Shown here: positions 37,300 through 49,155 of the stretch, piece by piece
Numbering within the stretch: position 1 is the stretch's first letter
Layout of the letters: every line of letters begins with the position of its first letter
From: Glaucostegus cemiculus
Lineage: Eukaryota
Direction of reading: 5' to 3'
DNA length: 64,000 bases
NCBI GenBank assembly: GCA_976551045.1
Contig: CDPCPM010000103.1
Span: 21,700,001-21,764,000, forward strand
Program-made: the position numbers and the translations under genes
Notes under the pieces: model-generated
Told to the model about the DNA's origin: nothing
The model's input: only the letters and a program-made list of their open reading frames with translations
Database searches by the model: none

Positions 37300-38462
37300 A
37301 ACCTGGTCCATTAACACCACGGCCCTCACTAAGAAAGCCCAGAAACACCTCTACTTCCTGCGGAGACTGAGGAAGGTGAACTCCCATCCTTCAGTAATGA
37401 AAACTTTTTATAGAGGGACCATCGAGAGCATCCTAACACACTGCATCACTATCTGGTTTGGGAGCTGCTCAGCTGCTGGTTGGAAGTCCCTCCAGAGTAT
37501 AGTGAGAGCGGTGGAGAAGATCATAGGTGTCTCTCTACCCTCTATTACAGACATATATAGGGATCAATGTGTTAGAAAGGCCACAAATATAATGTCGGAC
37601 CCTTCTCACCCCTCCTACCATCTCTTCACACTCTTGCCGTCTGGAAGAAGTCTCAAGTGTATCCGAGCAAGGACAACTAGACTGTGCAATAGCTTCTTCC
37701 CACAAGCTATTAGAACTGTGAACTCCATCATCCCTCCATATTTCCCGCCAACACTAAAGGATGGTAGGCGTACAGAAACGCACCAGCACTTTAAATATCC
37801 GCTGCCAGTACACTTACTTTAAGATTATTTAATTATTTAAGTTGTATAATTTAATTCTGGGGTTCTAATTGTCATGATTCTGAGTACTGGCCCTTGATTT
37901 AGTTCCTTAGATGCCTTGTTGTACAGCACATGGATTCCATGCTGGACTGATTGCATAATGACACACACCTGAGTCCCATCAGGGGCCTAGCATAAGTACC
38001 TGGGTTTCTCTAGCACTAGTTGCCAGAGGATTGATCAACCTTGAAAAATTTGGTTCCATACTGCTTAGAGTGGTCTACTCTAGAGCAGTCCTGCGTTCTC
38101 TAGTCCTGCGTTCTCTAGTCCTGCGTTCTCTAGTCCTGCTTGAAGATTTGGTTTGTGTTGGGATTACTACTCAGATCTCTGAGGCAAGATTCCTTCCAGT
38201 GTTGCCTGTGTCTGGTCCTGAGGAAGTATCCTGACTCCAGTCTTGTACCAGTGTGCTGCATTTGGGTTCTCTGTGATCTTGCTCTTCAACCAACATTGTG
38301 ACACTAATGTCTTTAGTGTCTCTCTGTCTTTGTGTTTTTTCAGTGTCTGCTTCTCTTTTTTTTAATGTGATGTGCACCTTGACCTGTAGAGAGTATGGTA
38401 TTTTGCTCCTATGCATACTGAATGTGTATATGGTAGTGACAATAAAACTGATTCTGATTCTG
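37300..38462 (+). mobile_element. Rex1/Babar-like LINE, young 5'-truncated copy, 3' UTR split by solo LTR
   Basis: ORF 37265-37822 open: KKAQKHLYFLRRLRK..FYRGTIESILT..DPSHPSYHLFTLLPSGR..NSFFPQAIR; (ctgatt)n tail at 38448-38462. Confidence 0.92.
37870..38303 (+). mobile_element. Solo LTR, probably Gypsy, 434 bp
   Basis: Termini TGTCA...TGACA; 5-bp TSD CTAAT at 37865-37869 and 38304-38308; 3' ctgcatttgggttc motif; internal 15-bp gtcctgcgttctcta x3. Confidence 0.88.
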
Positions 38463-38479
38463 GAAATCATTCATTTCTT

Positions 38480-38780
38480 CAAGTCTATCCCTACTTGCAA
38501 AACAATCTGATCAATCGCTTTCCCCATTCTCTCTCAGATGCTCATTAACTCCCCGCTGATTCTGTTACCATTCACCAACATACTAGGGACAATTTATAGT
38601 GGACAATTAACCAGCCAATCAGCACATCTTTGGGATGTCAGAGGAAACTGGAGCAGCCAGTGGAAACCCATAGAGTCACAGGGAGAGTATGCAAAGTCTA
38701 TACAGATAACACCAGAGATCAGGTTTGAATTCAGGTTGCTGGAGTTGTGATATAGCTGAACCATGTGCTACACTGGTATG
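38480..38780 (-). mobile_element. HE1-like V-SINE
   Basis: tctttgggatgtcagaggaaactggagcagccagtggaaaccca..gtcacagggagag. Confidence 0.8.
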
Positions 38781-39044
38781 CCACTGATCTACCATATCCT
38801 TTCCATTCACCTGACTTGTCCATATTCACCAAGTCTCCCTGCATCTTTTTCACAGCCTTCACTGCCAGCAAACTTCATATCACAAGCAGCAAACTTGGAT
38901 ATATTACACTTGATCCCTTCATTCAAATCATTGATATAGATTATGAATATCTAAGGTTGAAACTCCTGTGCCTCCCGACCAATGACACCTTACCAAACCA
39001 AAAATAATCATTTATTCATGCTCTTTGCTTTCAATTAAAATGGA

Positions 39045-39412
39045 ACAAAGAAGACTGAGAGGAAATGTTTTACGGGCATATAAGATCATGACAGGTTTAG
39101 AGAAGGTAAAGAGAGAGAAGCTGTTTCCATTGGCAGTTGGTTCAAGGACCAGGAGGTGCAGATTTAACATTTTGGGCAAAAAGGTTATCAGGGGAGTTTG
39201 AGGTAAAATGTAGTTACTCAGGGTAGTTACGATCTGGGACAGAATTAATCAGATAATTCAAAAGAGAATCAGATAGGCATTTGAGAATAAATAACTTACA
39301 GGACAATGTATGAAGAGGAGGAGAATGAGACTGACAGGACTACTCTGCACAGAGATGGCATAGTTTCAGAGCCTCATCCTATCCCATAACCCATGGTCCT
39401 GTGATTCTATGA
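39045..39412 (+). mobile_element. CR1 3' end, decayed
   Basis: EQRRLRGN..YKIMTGLEKVKREKLFP; tail cctgtgattctatga. Confidence 0.6.
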
Positions 39413-39430
39413 ACAAAAGTAAAAGTTGCT

Positions 39431-39446
39431 GGGGGGGGGGGGGGGG
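39431..39446. repeat. G16 homopolymer
   Basis: 16 consecutive G. Confidence 0.95.
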
Positions 39447-39454
39447 CGGTGAGG

Positions 39455-39924
39455 AGGAATATAAGGACCATTGTGTTAGGAAGGCCAAAACTATAATGTC
39501 GGATCCTTCTCACCCATCCCATCATCTCTTCACATTCTTGCTGTCTGGAAAGACTCAAATGCATCAGGGTGAGGACGACGAGGCTGTGCAATAGCTTCTT
39601 CCCGCAAGCCATCAGATCTGTGAACTCTCTCATTCCTCCATCTACCCTCTTATCACTAAAGGGTGCTAGGCGCTCAGAAATGAACCAGCACTTTAAATGC
39701 CCGCTGCCAGTTCGTTCACTTTAAATCTATTTATTTAACCTGCTGAATTGAATTTAATTTAATTTTCGTGGTTTTAATGTTTTGCTTAGTGTGTGTCAGT
39801 GTGTCGTTTTTGCTTGTTATTGAATGAGACGTGCACCTGTGGAGGACGCCACCTCACTCCTATGCATACTATGTGTGTGTGTATATGGTTGTGACAATAA
39901 AAAAAATTCTGATTCTGATTTTGA
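39455..39924 (+). mobile_element. Rex1/Babar-like LINE 3' end, same subfamily as 37300 and 63320
   Basis: YKDHCVRKAKTIMSDPSHPSHHLF; shared 3' UTR accagcactttaaatgcccgctgccagt; ttctgattctgatt tail. Confidence 0.9.
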
Positions 39925-39954
39925 TCAGCGTTTTGCATTGAAATGCTGAATCAG

Positions 39955-40082
39955 GACACTGAAGGTTTTTGAGCCAAAATATTGACAGTTCCTTCCCCCA
40001 CCCACAGATGCTGCTTGACCCACTGAGTTGCTCCAGCAGATTGTTGCTCCAAATTCCAGCATCGGTGGACTATTGTGTCTCC
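39955..40082 (+). mobile_element. Penelope-derived short repeat
   Basis: ccacagatgctgcttgacccactgagttgctccagcag...ttgtgtctcc. Confidence 0.65.
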
Positions 40083-40327
40083 ATAAGAAAAAGGTGCATT
40101 TATTCTCACTACTTGATCGAACCTGGAAATGGCTGAGAAAGGTAACGCTGATCATTTACATGCTGACTGCGCGGTCGTTGATGGTGGTGAACTGTCAGCT
40201 TTTACTGCTGTATGGAAAGCCACAAGTATGCATTAGTCTCATCATCAGACACTAAATAAAACTAAAGAGAGAAAAGAATTACTTCTTCATACACAGCCAT
40301 TCGAGCAAATTAAAAAGGAAAACGGTG

Positions 40328-40960
40328 ACCATAAGACCAGAAGGCCACAAGACAAAGGAGCAGAGTTAGGCCATTCAGCCCATCGAGTCTGCTCTGCCAT
40401 TCAATCATAGCTGATTTATTTTTCCCTCTCAACCTCATTCTCCTGCCTTCTCCCCATAACCTTTGATACGCTTACTAATCAAGAAGCTATCAACCTCTGC
40501 TTTAAATATACTCAAAATCTCTACAGCCATCTGTGGTAATGAATTTCACAAATTCACAACATTCTAGCTAAAGAAATTCCTCCTCATCTCTGTTCTAAAG
40601 GGACATCCTTCTACTCTGAGACTGTGCCCTCTGGTCCTAGATTCTCCAACTGTTGGAAACAACCTCTCCACATGCACTTTCTCCAGGCCTTTCAATATTC
40701 GGTAGGTTTCAACGAGATCCCCTCTCCTCCTTCTAACCTCCAGTGAGTACAGGCCCAGAGCCATCAAACGTTCCTCATATGTTAACCCTTTCATTCCCTG
40801 AATCATTCTCACAAACTTCCTCTGGACCCTCTCCAATGCCAGCACATCCTCCCTTAGATATGGGGCCCAAAATTGCCCACAGTACTCCAGATGTAGTCTG
40901 ACCAACACCTTATAAAGCTTCAGCATTACATCCTTGCTTTTATATTCTAGTCCTTCAAAA
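40328..40960 (-). mobile_element. CR1 3' part, well preserved
   Basis: ORF 40564-40986 GLEYKSKDVMLKLYKVLVRLHLEYC..RGDLVETY..RRNFFS; tail present. Confidence 0.93.
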
Positions 40961-41319
40961 TGGATACTACTGCTTAAAACATTCACTGATAATTAGGGCC
41001 TGTACATAGAATCATGCTGAGGTTTTCATTTGAGCGTCTGGTGTTCATAGTTTTGAACCTTAGGATTTAACAAAATGCTGGTTGACAGGTGAGGCGGGTG
41101 AATCTCCTTCTGTTTTTCATTCAGAGGCTCTTAGTAGAGTTCATTATAGAAAGAAGGGCACTGGGTCTGTCACACCCACACAAGGAGGCCTCCTGTCAGC
41201 TGATGATGAACTGCCACTGATTTCTGCTGTGGAAGAGTATATTCATTATCCTGACACCTGAAGGTGACTGTATGAAGGCTACCATTGTGATAGAAAGGGG
41301 TTGTAGTTGTTGAATATCT

Positions 41320-43392
41320 GTGGGGAGGATAATAGCATAAGAGAAGACCTAGGAAAAGTGGATTGGGAGCAGATGTTTGTGAGGAAGATGACAGCTGACA
41401 AGTGAGAGGCTTTTAAAAGAGAGTTCAAGGCCAGTATGTTCAAGTAAGGCTAACAGGCAAACATGGCAAAGACGAAACCTTGGGCGACAAAGGATATTGA
41501 AGATTTGATCAGGGAAAAAAAAACCTGTGACAAACATAAGCAACTGAGATCGAGGAAGTCTCTTGAGGAAAATAGAGATTGTAAGATAAAATTTAAGAAA
41601 GAAATTTAAGGCGGCAAAAGGGGGCCATGAAATACCCTTGGCAAGTAAGATTAAGGAGAATCATAAGATATTCTTTAAGTATATCAGAAAGAAGAGGGTA
41701 GCCAGGGAAACCGTAAGTCCTTTGAGAGACAAAAGGGATATTCTATGTGTGGAGCCAGCTGATGTAGGCAAGGTCCTAAATGAATAGTTCTCCCAGAAAA
41801 AGGACATGGAAGATAATAAATTCAGGGAGGGGTACATGGATAATCTGGAGCAGGTCAGGATTAAGAAGGTGGAGATTTTAGAAGACAAGAATAAACCTCA
41901 AGGGTCGGATGGGACCTTTCCCAGGTTACAATGGGAAGCAAGGGAGGAGATAACAGGGTCCCTGAAGGTGGGTTGCCAGAAGACTGGAGGATAGCTAATT
42001 TTGTCCCTTCATGTAAGAAGGACAACAAGGATATGCCAGTAACTACAGGCTGTTGAGTCTTACCACAGTGGTAGGGAAATTATTTGAGAAAATCCTAAGG
42101 GATCAGATTTATGTGTATTTGGAAATACAGGGGCTGTCTGGGGAGAGTCAGCATGACTTTGTGTGGGAGAAATTCTGTCTCACTAATTTGATTGATATTT
42201 TTGAAGATGTAACTGAGAAGATTTATAAAGGCAGGACAGTATATTTTGTCTATGTGGACTTTGACGAGGCCCCACATTTAGGCTGGTCCAGAAGTTTAAA
42301 GCATCTGAGATGCAAGGAGAGCTGACTAATTGGATCCAAAATTGGGCTTGGTTTAGGAGGCAGAGAATCATGGTGGTGGAATGCTTTACTAATTGAAAAT
42401 CTGCGACCAGTGGTGTACTGCAGGGAATGGTGCTGGGACCCTTGTTGTTTGTGATAGATATTAATGACTTAGATATGAATGTAGGAGATATAATCTGTAA
42501 GTTTGTGAATGATATGAGAGTGGGTGGTACTATGGAGAGCGAGGAAGGTTGTGTAAGGCTGCAGCAGGGTATAGATCAATTGTAAAGGTGGACAGAGAGT
42601 CGGCAAATGGAATTTAATTCCAACAAGTGCAAGGTGCTGCATTTTGGGAAGTCACATAGTGGTAGGACATATACAGTAAATGGTAGGGCACTCATCAATG
42701 TTGATGAACAGAAGGACCTTGGGGTTCAAGTCCATCATTTCCTGAAGGTGGTAACACAGGTAATTAGCATGTTGAAGAAGGCCTATGGCATGCTTGCTTT
42801 CATAGGTTGGGGCACAGAATATAAAAGTTGAGACATTATACTGCAACTTTACAAAACAATGTTTAGCCTGCATTTGGAGTATTGAGTGCAGTTCTGGTCA
42901 CCACACCATAGGAAGGGTGTGCTTGCACTGGAGAATGCAGAGGAGCTCCACCAGGATGTTGGCGAGGTTGGAGGACTTAGAGGATGTTGCCTAGTTATGG
43001 GGAGAGTGTGGATAGGCTGCACTAGTTTTCCCTCGAGTGAAGGAGTTTGAGGGGTGACCTGACAAATGTATATAGAATTGTAAGAGGCATAGGTAAAGTA
43101 GATCGTCAAAATATTTTTCCCATAGTAGAGGTATCAAAAAGAAGAGGGTATAGGTTTAAGGTGAGAGGAAGGAGTTTTGAAGCAAATTTGAAGGGACAGA
43201 GAGTGATTGGTTTATGGAAGTGCTGGCTGAGGGGGGGGGGTGGAATCGGACACAATAGAGATAGACAGACACTTAAATAGTCAAGTCATCAAGAAATACA
43301 GACCTAATATGGGCAAATGGAATGAGTGTAGATGGTCAAAAATGTCGGCAGGAAGGGTCCATTTCTGTGCTACAGCTCTATAACTCCATGCA
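41320..43392 (+). mobile_element. CR1 LINE about 2 kb, disrupted ORF2
   Basis: SLTTVVGKLFEKILRD..SQHDF, QGMVLGPLLF, MEFNSNKCKVLHFG, RGDLTNVY; tail present. Confidence 0.92.
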
Positions 43393-43489
43393 ATAGGTGG
43401 AAGAGGACAACAGCATAAAAGAATAATAAAACCTGAATAGTATCCCCAAAGCCACATGCACATTTACTTCCCTGTTCATAATAACCAGC

Positions 43490-43825
43490 AGAATTCACCA
43501 CTGGCTTTCATCCTGGGCTAATGATCTCAGAAACTCGAGTTCAAATCCTGCCATGATAGTTTGAGACGTTGCTTTCCGTATTCTCAAAAGAGAAAGTTAT
43601 TATCAGCAAATGTGACTGGACTGCTGTCGGCTGGTTATGAAAGAACAGGAGTTTCGCAGGCATGTTTTGGGGAATGTAGCTTTCTATCCATACCTCGTCT
43701 GTGATACTCCACTCCTATTCCAACACAGTTGACACTTAAATGCCCTCTGATATCACTCAACAGCCATTCAGTGAGGGATAACGTTGAACGCCAGCTATGC
43801 CCATTCCTGATGCTGAATATCTAAA
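43490..43825 (+). mobile_element. Older SINE family C, decayed
   Basis: gagttcaaatcctgcca B-box-like; gttgacacttaaatgccctctga. Confidence 0.5.
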
Positions 43826-43999
43826 CATGTATACCAAACTATATAGTATTATGGAGGACACATATTAATGAAAAATGAACAAGTTAATGTGATTTGCAAT
43901 TTAACAAAAAGTCACAGGAATATATATGCAGCTAAAAGTTTTCCTTGATGTTGAATTTGCTGTGTGGGGTCATTTATGAAGAAAAATAATATTGTGTGA

Positions 44000-44632
44000 T
44001 TTGGGCTTATAATATCTTGGATACAAACAATAATCCAAGAGGTTAATGAAAAATCAACATTTGCCTAGAATAGAAGGAAGTTTTGCTCCATCTGTACAAT
44101 TTCCCAGTTACACCATATCTGAAGGTGTTTACAGTCCTGGGCACTACATCCTTGAAAAGATATATTGACCTTGGATTGAGTGCAGTATAGATTCACCAGA
44201 ATCTCACCAAGGCTCCAAGGTTTAAATTATGAAGTGGGACTGCATAGACTAGGTTTGTAATTTCTGAAATATAAAAGGATAAGATTGAGGTTTTAGGATT
44301 TTGCAGGGGAAGCAGAGGGAGAGAAACAATTTCAGCTGTTGGGAGAGTCAAGGATAAGGTTCAGAAATGTAATCAGACTCACACAGTTTAGGAGAGAAGT
44401 TAGGAAACCTCTTCACACAAGTAGTTACAGACTGGAACTCACATCCATAAAGATCAGGAGACACTGGCTCAATCAATAATTTTATATTCAGAGTGATACA
44501 TTTCTATAGCTAAAGTTATCAAGGCTTACTGTGCTAAGCTGGATAAATAGAGTTGGGATAGATATCAGTCTTGATCTCATTAAATGACAGAACACGTTTG
44601 AGGGGTTAAGTGGCCTTCTGCTGTTAAAATGT
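44000..44632 (+). mobile_element. CR1 3' part, highly decayed
   Basis: gtgcagtatagattcaccagaat...agatatcagtcttgatctcattaaatg...tggccttctgctgtt. Confidence 0.6.
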
Positions 44633-45938
44633 TTCTAAAATTCTATCTGAATGGATTATTGTTTTACTGTCATCTATCCGATAAAATAAACAAAACAACA
44701 TTTATGAATGGTTGCAGTGGATAAGTCTCAGTTCTCCTCTGATAAAAGATATTACGATTGAACAAATAACACACTTGTAAATATGGCCAGACAGTTTGCT
44801 GAAGCAGTTCTGCCCAAGGGGAATTGAAGATCCACAGGAGAAAAGGAAGGCTAATGCAGGAAACACCAGAAATGAAGCCTTTGAAAATTTAATGCCTCAA
44901 TATTCCATTCTGCTGTTTGTTCCTCGTTCCTGCAAGGACATAACTTCTCACAAAAATAACAAAGAGACAGACTCCAGTGGTGGACATTTATGAACTAATC
45001 TATATAGTCTTGTTCTTCAGATTCAAAAATACAATGTCAAGGGGGATTCACAGGACTGCACAGGTTAGAATTTCCAGACACTGACTGAGAATTTTCAAAA
45101 ATCTATTGAGACGTGCAAAGTGCACTCAGCAACACCATCCAGATGACAAAACTCCCCCAAATAAACTTATCATTGATATGTGAAAAATAATACATTACAT
45201 TCACTACACAACATGAAAATATTTCAAGGTTTGCTGGTTTATGTAAAATGAACCATTCACATCATAACTGTCACAGTACGGTCAAAAGGTTATTTCTTCT
45301 GACATGTATCATCACCATCAAATTTCAGAAGACAAATCTTCTGCTGGATTACTGGATAATACGCTGCAACATGCACAGTTAGGATAAACATATGCTCGAT
45401 CAAAAGAAACAAAGGACCTCTGTTTTTTTTTAATTAAATGGAGCTGAGCCCAATCCTCATTTTATTTTATATTTGTCTACCATGCTCAGACTGTAAACAT
45501 CATGAGATGGGAGGGTGTATTCTCTGATCAATGTGACTGTTAACCACAGTTAATGATAGAAATGTCCTGTTTCCAAGTGCACTAAGTCCATTAGAAAATG
45601 AAGTGGTAACACCTTGATGGTAGTTCATCCTTAATGCAGGTCAATTGTCCCAAGAAGATCTGTCATGGACAAAGGTGGTATTGAAATCTATGAGTAACTG
45701 TGATTATCTATGATTAACTGTGTCCAGTTGGGCTGAAGGGCCTGTTTCCGTGCTGTATGACTTTAAATATGCAATAGGTCCATACACCGCAAGCTCAGCG
45801 TGTATGTAATATGCTGAGATTTTTGTCACTTGGAATGACAGTATTAGATGTTATTGTGGGTTGGGGGACAGTGGGCTGGAAAGGCATAAGACTTAACCAT
45901 CCCAACTACGACTAATGTGCTGCTGTACTTTTCCAGTC

Positions 45939-48115
45939 CTAACCCTTCCCTCCTACATAACTCTCCATTTGTCTTACTTCCATGTGGCTATCTAAGAGTC
46001 CTTTAAATCTCCCTGTTGTATCAGCCTCTACCTCCACCCCTGTCAGTGTGTTCCAGGCTCCCACCACTCTCTGTCTAAAAAACCTACTTCTGACATCTCC
46101 CCTAAACTTTCCTCCTCTGAACTTAGAATGATGTCCTTTGGTGTTGGCCATTGCCACCCTGGGGAAAAGGTGCTGCCTATCCACTCTTTCTATGCCCCTC
46201 ATAATCTCATACACCTCTATCAAGTCACCTCTCATTCTGTGTTGCTCCAAAGAGAAAAGCCCTAGCTTGGTCAACCTTTCCTCGTAAGATGTTCTCTTCA
46301 ATCCAGGCAATGTCCTGGTAAATCTCCTCTGCACCATCTCTAAAGCTTCTACATCCTTCCTATATTGAGGTGACCAGAACTGAACACAATACTCTAAGTG
46401 TGGTCTAACCAGAGTTTTATAGAGCTGCAACATTACCTTTTGGTTCTTAAACTCAATCCTCCAACTAATGAAGGACAGCACACCATACACCTTCTTAACT
46501 GCCCTTTCAATTTGAGTGACAACTTTGATGGATCTATGGACTTGGACCCCAAGATCCCTCTGTTCTACCACACTGCTCAGAATCCTGCCATTAACCTTGT
46601 ACAATGCCTTCAAGTTTGTTCCTCCGAAGTATATCACTTCACACATTTCTGGATTGAACTCCATCTGCCACTTCCCCACCCAAATCTGCATCCTGTCTAT
46701 ATCCTGTTGTAACCTACGACAACCTTCTATACTATCCACAACACCTCCAGCCTTTGTGTCATCTGCAAACTTACTAACCCATCCCTCCACTTCCTCATCC
46801 AAGTCATTTATAAAAATCACGAAAAGTAGGTGTCCCCGAACAGATCCCTGCAGAACACCACCAGTCACCGACTTCCAGGCAAAATATTCTCCATCTACTA
46901 CCACCCTCTGCCTTCTGTGGGAAAGCTAATTTCAAATCTACACATCCAAGTCTCCATGAATCTCATGTTTCAGAATCTTCTGGGTGAGCCTACCATGGGG
47001 AACCTTGTCAAACACCTTACTAAAGCCCATATACACCACATCCACCGCTCTACCTTCATCTATTTATTTTGTCACCTCCTTGAAAAACTCAATTCAGCTC
47101 AAGAGGCACGACCTGCTCCTCACAAAACCAGGCTGACTATATCTAATAAGACCATCCTTCTCCAAGTGCTTGTAAACACTGTTCCTAAGAATCCTCTCCA
47201 ATAGCTTGCCCACCACAGACTTAAGACTCACTGGTCTATTATTCCCAGGATTATCCCTACTACCTTTTTGAATGACAGAACAAGATTTGCCATCCTTCAA
47301 TCCTCTGGTACCACTCCTGTGGCCAAGGAGGACACAGATATCATCGTCAATGCCCCAGAAATCACCGCCCACAGTAATCTGAAGTATGTCCATTAAGGTC
47401 CCAGGAACTTATCTATCCTAATGTTTTTCAGAAGCTTCAACACTACCTCTTTCTTAACCTCAACATGCACCAGCACATTAGCCCGTGCTGACCTCACATT
47501 TGTCAAAATCCCTCTCCCTGGTGAACACTGAAGCAAAGTATTCATTAAGGGCCTCCCCAACCTCCTCTGTCTCCAGGCACAAGTTTCCCCCTTTATCCCT
47601 GAGCAGTCCTACCCTCGATCCTGTTCTTTTCTCCTGTTCATCCTCCTGTTCTTTACATACTAGTAGAGCGCCTTGGGATTTTCTTTAATTCTACTTGCCA
47701 AAGCCTTCTCATGTCCCCTTCTAGCTCTCCCAAGTCCCTTCTTAAGCTCCTTCCTGGCTACCTTAAAATTCTCAAGAGCACTGCCTGATTTTTGCATCCT
47801 AAACCTCAAGTATGCTTCCTTCTTCCTCTTTACTAGATATTCCACATCTCTTGTCAACCATGGTTCCTCTACCCTACCATCCTTTCCCTGTCTCAGTGGG
47901 ACAAACCTATCCAGAACTCCATGCAAATGTTCCCTAAACAGCCTCCACATTTTTTTCTGTGCATTTCCCAGAGAACATCTGTTCACAATTACGCTCCCAA
48001 GTTCCTGCTGAATACCGTCATGATTAGCCCTCCCCCAATTAAAGAATTTCCCACATCGTCTGCTCCTATCCTTGTCCATAGCTATGCTAAAGGTCAGGGA
48101 GTTGTGGTCACTATG
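45939..48115 (-). mobile_element. CR1 LINE about 2.2 kb, longest open ORF2 piece (45939-46904, 321 aa, RT C-half to C-terminus)
   Basis: [48 protein letters not shown]; upstream ORFs 47094-47393 (RPVSL) and 47660-48145 (SDHNSL) frameshifted. Confidence 0.96.
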
Positions 48116-48144
48116 GTGGAAAAAAACTGTGTTATCATACCACA

Positions 48145-48612
48145 TTGATAACCTTTCTTCAGAACAGCCCAGTTCCAGTACAAAATGGAAAGGTTAGTTA
48201 TCTGGAGTTGCTGAAGTCAATACTGAGTCCTAAGAGCTTTAACATGCTGAATCAGAAAGAGTCACTGTTCCTCAAACTTACTTTGGGCTTTGTTGGAATA
48301 ATGTAAAAGGCCAAAACAGAGAGGTCAGAGTGGGAGTGGGCCAGAAAGGTAAAGTGACAGACACTGAAAGGTAAGGATCGCCCTGACACACTGAATGCTG
48401 AGGTGCCACAAACCAGTCGCCCAATCTGCATTGGATTTCTTCAACAAAGAGGCCACATTGTTAACACCAAATGCAGCACACTAGTTTGAATGAAGGAGAA
48501 GTGAATCACTTCCTTACCTTAAAGGAGTGTTTGGGTCCCTGGATGGTGAAATGGGAAAACATAAAAGGGCAGGTGTTGCATTCCCTGTGATTGCGTGGGG
48601 AGGAGCCATGAG
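48145..48612 (-). mobile_element. Penelope-like element 3' remnant: Cys-rich linker, GIY-YIG endonuclease, hammerhead remnant
   Basis: Reverse translation RECNTCPF..TIQGPKHSFKVR..LVCCIWC*QCGL..RLGDWF fits Penelope CNTCP..LVYCIRCxxCGLLYIGETKRRLGDRF; followed by gttctgaagaaaggtt at ~48150-48165. Confidence 0.75.
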
Positions 48613-48644
48613 AAAGGAAATGGCTTTTGGAGGAGATGACTTAT

Positions 48645-49000
48645 CTTATCTTATCAAGAAGTCAAATGGAATGTTAGCCTTCATTACTAGAGGGATTGAA
48701 TTTAAGAGCAGGGAGGGTACTGGTGAGGCCATACCTGGAGTACTGTGTGCAGTTCTGGTCTCCTTACTGAGGAAGAATATACTGGCTTTGATGAAGAGGG
48801 GGATCACCAGGTTGATTCCGTAGATGAGGGAGTAAACCTATGAGGAGAAATTGAGTTGCCTGGGATTATACTTACTAGAATTCAGAAGAATAAAAGGGGA
48901 TCGTAGAGAAACATATAAAATTATGAAAGGGATAGATAAAATAGAGACAGGAATGTTGTTTCCACTTGTAGGTGAGACTAGAATGAGGGGACATAGCCAC
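48645..49000 (+). mobile_element. CR1 ORF2 C-terminal fragment
   Basis: IKKSNGMLAFITRGIEFKSRE..LEFRRIKGD..YKIMKGIDK..TRMRGHS. Confidence 0.85.
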
Positions 49001-49004
49001 TTCA

Positions 49005-49155
49005 ACTGTTTTAAAACCCTCTTAAAGCCTTCCTCTTCAATCAAGTTTCTAGTCAACCATCATAATGCTTCCTTCTAGGGCTCAGTTCACATATTTGGCC
49101 AATTGAGCCAAACTGTGGGTCATTTTCCTATGTTGAAGATATTATGGAAATATAT
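49005..49155 (+). mobile_element. L2-like 3' end, decayed
   Basis: tttaaaaccctcttaaagccttcctcttcaatcaag resembles 14000-14150. Confidence 0.4.

Larger units (their letters stand above)
36085..39030 (-). mobile_element. Old CR1 LINE broken by several nested insertions
   Basis: Tail at 36085-36210, REMRGDL near 36640, LHLEYRVQVW near 36920, RT region resumes 38790-39030. Confidence 0.7.

Noticed and set aside
38088-38139. 15-bp repeats as a CRISPR-like array or LRSLV peptide repeat
   Set aside because: Contiguous tandem units without spacers, inside a solo LTR
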